Source: an uncultured Spirochaetota bacterium (lineage in GTDB: Bacteria; Spirochaetota; Spirochaetia; SZUA-6; Fen-1364). Taken from it: 64,000 nucleotides of DNA. This document shows positions 58,651 through 64,000 of this stretch, one piece after another (the stretch's first letter is position 1; every line of letters begins with the position of its first letter). The stretch is from assembly GCA_963845325.1 (NCBI GenBank), contig CAWJRT010000017.1, forward strand, positions 25,204 through 89,203, in the 5' to 3' direction. Position numbers and translations under genes: made by a program. The notes beneath the pieces are model-generated. The model saw only the letters and a program-made list of their open reading frames with translations. It was not told the origin of the DNA and made no database searches.

Positions 58651-60675
58651 ATGTCTGACCTGTCCGTCCCGGGCGTCACCGACAAGTACAACACCCAGAA
58701 AATCATCGACGCCCTGATGGCGGTGAAGAAAGAGCCCCTGACGCGCATGCAGAAGGAGCTCGACACCGAGCAGTTGAGAAAGACTGCCTGGCAGGACGTC
58801 ACCCGCAAGCTCACCGGTCTGCGCGATATTGCCCGCACGCTCTACGGCTTCCAGAATCCCTTCAACGACAGGGTTGCCGGGTCATCGGACGAGTCCACCC
58901 TCGTGGCCGCGGCCACGCGCCAGGCGGTCGAGGAAACCAAGCATATGCTGGTGAAACAGGTTGCGACGGCCGACCGTTTTCTCTCCCGCTCGCTTCCCCT
59001 GGACTTCACCGTTGACCCCGGGAAGTACACGTTCAAGGTCGGCGACAAGGAAGTGGGGCTGGCGTGGAAGGGTGGATCCCTCAAGGCTTTCGTTGACGCT
59101 CTGAACACAAAAGGCGGCTCCCTTCTCTCTGCCTCCGTGGTGAACGACACCACACGCTCCCAGGTGCTTTTGATTGAAGGAAAGCTCACCGGGAGCGCGA
59201 ACCGCCTCTCGTTCCAGGACGCATCGGTAGACCTGGGGGTGAAATCCGGCATGCTCACCCGGTCTCCCACCGCCGCGCGGGCCGTGCCGCTGGACAAGGG
59301 AGCTCTCTCAGCCTGGACGACTGCCCTGCCGGCCGGTGGCGTGCAGGTCAAGGACGGCATGCTGAGCATCACCCCGGGCCAGGAGATGAAGATTCCCCTG
59401 AACCCGCCCGTCACGCTGAACAAGAACATGGTCCTCGAGTTCTCGGTGAAGGTGGAAAAGCTGCCAGAAGCCGCGGCCACTGTCCCAAAGCCGCCGCCGG
59501 GCCCGACCGTCCCCCCGACGGGTGGGATTGATTTCAGCGGCATCCATGTCGAAAACGATCCGTCGCGGACGCCGCTTCCCGAGTGGACTCCCCCGAAACC
59601 TCCGGAAAACATCACGGACCTGAAAGCTCTCTTCGTGGAAAGCGGTGCGTCGGTGATCCCCCTGCCCGAGATCACCGATTCCCCGGACTTCCAGAAGGTC
59701 CAGGTCCCGATCGGAGAGCTTGCCTCCACGCTGGATTCAGTGGATGTGCGCAACCGCAACACCTACCGGACCATTGTTCTACGGGAGATCAGCGTCTATG
59801 ACAAGACGCAGCGAGGGGATTTCCTGCCCGCGAAATCCCTGTCCGAGGCCGGAGATGCGCTGGTGGAGATGGACGGGATCGAGGTCAGGCGGGGAACAAA
59901 CGTCATCAACGACCTGCTGCCCGGTGTCACCCTCACCCTGAAAGCGCCCAGCGCGACGCCCGTCGAGCTTTCCATCCATCACGACGTGGAGGGGATCAAG
60001 AAGCAGATCGTCAACCTGGTGGGTGCCTACGACGGCATCATCACCGATATCGACGTGCTCACGCGCAAGGACGAGACAGTCATCTCCGACGCCACGTACC
60101 TCAGTGAGGACGACAAGACGAAAGCAAAAGTGAACCTCGGGATTCTCTTCGGCGACCTGTCTCTCCAGCAGCTGAAAGGCTCCATGCAGAACGTGATGAT
60201 GAATCCCTACCCCACCTCCCTTGGAAGAGACCTGAGCCTCCTGGCGCAGGCGGGGATCTCCACGGACACGCGCGCCCCGGGCTCCGCGACAATTGACCGG
60301 ACGCGCCTCCGCGGCTATCTCGAGCTCGACGAGCCGAAGCTCACTGCCACAATCGCACAGCACGCGGAAGCCCTGAGACAACTCTTTGGCAACGACACCA
60401 CGGGGAGCCTGGTGGTGGATTCCGGGGCGGCCTTCAAGCTCGATGCTCTTCTTCGGCCCTACGTGCAGACGGGCGGGATCCTTCCGCTTCGCGTGAGCAC
60501 GCTGGATACGCAGATCGCGGCGTCCAACCGCAGCATTGCCGACTACAAGGTGAAGCTGGACGACTACCAGGCTGAGCTGAAGCGGAAGTACGCGCAGATG
60601 GGCGGCGCCCTGGACAACATGCAGCACAATTCCCAGTCCATCCAGAACTTCAACAAGCAGAACTCGACGCAGTGA
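58651..60675 (+). CDS. fliD: Flagellar filament cap protein FliD
   Basis: VPGVTDKYNTQKIIDALM, VKQVATADRFLS, INDLLPGVTLTL, LKRKYAQM; spirochaete-type central insertion. Confidence 0.92.
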   Translation: MSDLSVPGVTDKYNTQKIIDALMAVKKEPLTRMQKELDTEQLRKTAWQDVTRKLTGLRDIARTLYGFQNPFNDRVAGSSDESTLVAAATRQAVEETKHMLVKQVATADRFLSRSLPLDFTVDPGKYTFKVGDKEVGLAWKGGSLKAFVDALNTKGGSLLSASVVNDTTRSQVLLIEGKLTGSANRLSFQDASVDLGVKSGMLTRSPTAARAVPLDKGALSAWTTALPAGGVQVKDGMLSITPGQEMKIPLNPPVTLNKNMVLEFSVKVEKLPEAAATVPKPPPGPTVPPTGGIDFSGIHVENDPSRTPLPEWTPPKPPENITDLKALFVESGASVIPLPEITDSPDFQKVQVPIGELASTLDSVDVRNRNTYRTIVLREISVYDKTQRGDFLPAKSLSEAGDALVEMDGIEVRRGTNVINDLLPGVTLTLKAPSATPVELSIHHDVEGIKKQIVNLVGAYDGIITDIDVLTRKDETVISDATYLSEDDKTKAKVNLGILFGDLSLQQLKGSMQNVMMNPYPTSLGRDLSLLAQAGISTDTRAPGSATIDRTRLRGYLELDEPKLTATIAQHAEALRQLFGNDTTGSLVVDSGAAFKLDALLRPYVQTGGILPLRVSTLDTQIAASNRSIADYKVKLDDYQAELKRKYAQMGGALDNMQHNSQSIQNFNKQNSTQ

Positions 60676-60688
60676 GAGGGGAGCGAGG

Positions 60689-61600
60689 GTGCGCCTGAAG
60701 ATCAACGACGAGGAAGTGAGCTTTTCACTGGAGCACGAGCGGACGCTTGGCGAGGTTGTTCAAGGGGTCCGCGCGTGGCTTGCCGCGGCCGGCTTCATGA
60801 TCACGGATCTGAGGGCCGACGACCGCGATCTCCTCCAGTCGCCGGCCGGGGACTGGGGAGACGCCGAAGTCTCCCGGGTCACGGCCCTCGAGGTCACGGC
60901 AACACATACTGGCGACATGAAGATCGCGCACTGGCGGACCGTCGACAGGTGGCTCGGAATGCTCGCCGAGGAGATCGGCCGATCCCCGGCAGCCGCAAGC
61001 GGTGCACGGGACGCATCCGCCGACCCCCTGGCGGAGCTTCTGGAAGGCCTGGCGCAGACATTGGAAGGCTTCAAGGCAAATCCCTTTTTTCCGCCGGGTT
61101 CGGATGCGGGCCCGCGTTTCGCCGCAATGTTCGTCGGACGCCAGTCTTCCGACATCCGTGCCTGGTCACCTGACGCGCTGCAGGAAGCCGGCGATCTGGT
61201 CCGTCATCTGCGCGGCTTCGCGCAGGCCCGCATAGAGCAGGCGGTCCACCCCCAAGCCTCTCTCATGCGCTGCGCCGGGCTGCTCCGCGGCTGCATGGGG
61301 GAGCTGAAAGAAGTCTCGGTGCTCCTGCAGACCGGCCGGGACAGGCAGGCAATGGAGATTGTGATCCGGTTTGCCGATATCGTCCAGTCATTGATGGATC
61401 TGCTTCCGTTCCTCCCACCTGATGCCGAGCGCGGCCGCGTCCTGGTCGAGCTCACACCCGTCCTCCGCGAGCTTGTCGGCGCGTTCGGCTCGCATGATTC
61501 CGTGCTCATCGGTGACCTGCTGGAGTACGAGGTGGCGCCGCGCATGGAGAAGATCGCGCCGCTGCTGGAAAAGGCCGAGCCGGCACCGGAGGCGCGATGA
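60689..61600 (+). CDS. Conserved hypothetical helical protein downstream of fliD
   Basis: GAGGGGAG RBS; EVSVLLQTGRD and DSVLIGDLLEYEVAP motifs. Confidence 0.7.
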   Translation: MRLKINDEEVSFSLEHERTLGEVVQGVRAWLAAAGFMITDLRADDRDLLQSPAGDWGDAEVSRVTALEVTATHTGDMKIAHWRTVDRWLGMLAEEIGRSPAAASGARDASADPLAELLEGLAQTLEGFKANPFFPPGSDAGPRFAAMFVGRQSSDIRAWSPDALQEAGDLVRHLRGFAQARIEQAVHPQASLMRCAGLLRGCMGELKEVSVLLQTGRDRQAMEIVIRFADIVQSLMDLLPFLPPDAERGRVLVELTPVLRELVGAFGSHDSVLIGDLLEYEVAPRMEKIAPLLEKAEPAPEAR

Positions 61601-62858
61601 TCCTCCTGCAGGGCTACGTGGTCAATCTCGGAGCCGCGAACATCTCGCCGTCGACATTTCTCTACGTCGGAATCACGATCGTCGGCCTGACCCTTTTGAT
61701 TCTTTTCGGGACGTTCCTGGGGAGGCGTGCCCGCCCGTCGGCAACCGAAGCCGCGGAGAGAATCAGCAGCGCGATGTTCAAGCGCGAGGCACGGCGGGTC
61801 GGCCTGACAGGGCCCGCGAGCGAAGTCCTGGAGAACCTGGTCCGGATGTGCAAGCTGAAGCAGCCCCTGCTCGTTTTCACCAGCGCGAGCCTCCTGGACG
61901 ACACGCTGAAAAGAGGGCTGTACTCGGTGGACAGCATCGCGGGACATGCCCCGCGGAAGAGAAGGAAGGCCGCAAGGCCGTGATCTTCCAGATCAAGCAG
62001 ACAATCGAGCGCAACACGCGCAAGGACGTCGCCCTGCGCTCGACCGCGCTTCTTCGACCCGGACAGCTCCTGACCATCACGCCGGAGGGCTCGAGCGCTT
62101 TTTCCAGCAAGGTCATCTCCAACATGAAGGACTTCCTCACCGTTTCCACCCCCGCCCAGCCGGCAGGCGCCGACACGCGCTGGATGAGGGGAACAAAGCT
62201 CTCGGTGTACCTGTGGCGGGACAGCGATGCCGGGTACTCGTTCGTTTCGAAGGTTCTCGGCTACGACACGGTCAAGGGCGTCCCGAGCGTTCTGATCCAG
62301 CACTCCCGGACGCTGCGGAGGGAGCAGCGACGCCGCAACCGGCGGCGGGAGATCATGCGGCAGTGCTTCTTCTACCCCATCCGCATCGTGGAGACCGGGC
62401 AGGGCCGCAAGCTGGAGAGAAAGGCGTCCGTCGAGCAGAACCTGCGGGCCCTTGGCATCGTGGTGGACCTGTCCTCCGGGGGTTGCGCCATCCAGACCCT
62501 GAATCCATTCAACCGGGGCAGGCTCGTCATGGTGGAGTTCGACATCGACAGGCAGGCGCCGATCCGCGCGTTCGGCAAGGTCATTCATGTCCACCGCAAG
62601 CAGGGCCGCGGCGGAGTCATGCACATCATGTTCACCCGCGTGACGCGCCAGCACCTGAACAGGATCAGCGAGTTCGTCTATGACTTCAGCAGGCCGACCA
62701 CGACGGCCCAGGTCCGCCAGCAGGTGGAACGGGCCGTGCCCGGGCCGCGCAATGAGGCCGGGAAGGGCCCCCGGCGGCCCGGGCTTCCCCGCGGGCGGCA
62801 CCGGCACCTCCTCCTCGCGTTGACCCGCCACGCTCTTTCCACTACCCTGAAACCGTGA
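61597..62858 (+). CDS. Membrane-anchored YcgR-like PilZ protein (frameshift near 61950; 3' end uncertain)
   Basis: N-terminal TM helix; QRRRNRRR (RxxxR) and DLSSGG motifs. Confidence 0.78.
62820..62848 (+). promoter_or_regulatory. Sigma-70 promoter directly abutting tsaE start
   Basis: TTGACC-17 nt-TACCCT-6 nt-GTG(62855). Confidence 0.65.
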
Positions 62859-63318
62859 GCGCGCGTTCACCCTCCCCTGTCCACAGCACAAGCCCCGAGC
62901 AGACACTCGCTGCGGGTGAGAGACTGGGCGCCCGCCTGGCGTCCGAGTTCCCCGCGCGGCGCCGTCGTCCTGCTCGTCGGCCCTCTTGGTGCCGGGAAGA
63001 CAGTCCTGGCCCGGGGAATTGCGCGCGGCCTCGGCATCGAGGACCAGCTGGTCAGCCCCACCTACACCATCATCTCGGAGTACCGCGCAGGCGCGACGAT
63101 TCTTCACCACGTGGACCTGTACCGCATCGAGGGACGCGAGCAGATGGAGAACCTCGGCCTGGAGGACATCATGGCGGGCGACGGGTATGTCCTGGTGGAA
63201 TGGGGAGAGAAGATCGGAGAAGTCCTCGCCGCTTCCCGCGCGGAGCATCTCCGCGTGACCCTCTCGCTGGCCGCCCGACGGAGGACGGGACATCCTCGTG
63301 GAAGACGGGGCCGCATGA
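62855..63318 (+). CDS. tsaE: tRNA threonylcarbamoyladenosine biosynthesis ATPase TsaE (frameshifted)
   Basis: GPLGAGKT, VSPTYTII, HVDLYRI, LVEWGE. Confidence 0.9.
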
Positions 63319-63986
63319 CACGGAGCCCGTCAGCCATCGCCGCACTCGCCCTGGACACCTCCACGGAAGTTCTTTCCCTCTCCGCGGGCGAGGGGACTCG
63401 TGGGCGGCAATGAGCGTGGACCGGGGCCTGCATCACTCCCCTGCCCTCATCCCGCTGGCAGACCGCCTGCTTCACGACCTGGACATGACGGTGCAGGACC
63501 TGGAGCTTGTCGTCTGCTCCACGGGACCGGGCTCGTTCACGGGCATCCGCATCGGCATTGCCACCGCGCTGGGAATCGGGCATGGCCGCGGGATACCGGT
63601 CGTCGGTGTTTCCACGCTGGACGCGCTGGGCCGCGCATGGGAGGCCTGGGAAGGGGATGTGTTTCCCGTCGTCGATGCGCGGAGGGGCAACATCTACACG
63701 GCGCTGTACCGGGGCGGGTCGAGGCAGGGCGAGTACTGCGACCTCTCGCCGGCGGACCTTGCGCGGCTCCTCGCTGGGGCGCAGTCTCCGCTCCTTGCCG
63801 GGGCGGATGCCCCGCGCATCCACGAGCTCCTGGGACAGCCGCCGGTGCGGGTCGCGGACACGGTGGATCCCCGGGCGCTGCTGAGGCTGGGCATCGCAGA
63901 TGTACACCACCCGGGGCGCGGATGCGGCTTCCCTGCGGCCCCTGTACCTCCGCAAGAGCGAGGCCGAGAGAGTGAGCGGACGATGA
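63315..63986 (+). CDS. tsaB: tRNA threonylcarbamoyladenosine biosynthesis protein TsaB (frameshifted)
   Basis: LALDTST, then GPGSFTGIRIG, VSTLDALG, VDARRGNIY and PLYLRKSEAE in shifted frames. Confidence 0.88.
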
Positions 63987-64000
63987 GCACGAGCGACGAT

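Overview
GC-rich chromosomal window from a member of the Spirochaetota, judged from the 16S rRNA sequence, tandem FlaB-type flagellins, a PlzA-like protein and the infC-rpmI-rplT-zapB-zapA block. Many genes carry single-base frameshifts, including tsaE/tsaB and a flagellin, which most likely reflects long-read assembly error. Left to right: a secreted protein of >2,400 aa that runs off the left edge; a TPR protein; a Yej/Opp-type peptide ABC importer; an XRE-HTH + cobalamin-binding regulator followed by an ABC / two FtsX-type permease / LolA-like / outer-membrane-barrel operon; an orphan pyruvate-dehydrogenase-E1-like enzyme; an AlkZ-DUF1761-glycosyltransferase-MFS-methyltransferase patch; a RelE-like/UvrD/TPR helicase; a sigma-54 lipoprotein operon; a complete rRNA operon (minus strand, tRNA-Ile in the spacer); ahcY-adk; a HEAT-repeat adenylate cyclase; translation and division genes; a flagellin locus; tsaE-tsaB. 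The best candidates for undescribed biology are: (1) the CarH-like B12 sensor with an XRE DNA-binding domain and a readable four-site CAC-N5-GTG operator over its own promoter and the envelope-transport operon; (2) the sigma-54 operon of a 51-aa mini-lipoprotein, two paralogous DUF11-like lipoproteins and a beta-barrel; (3) the RelE-UvrD-TPR single-gene defence candidate; (4) a GAATGCCAC...GTGGC palindrome family that also occurs in frame inside the zapB-like gene; (5) pervasive leaderless promoter architecture. All family assignments are by eye; no searches were run.
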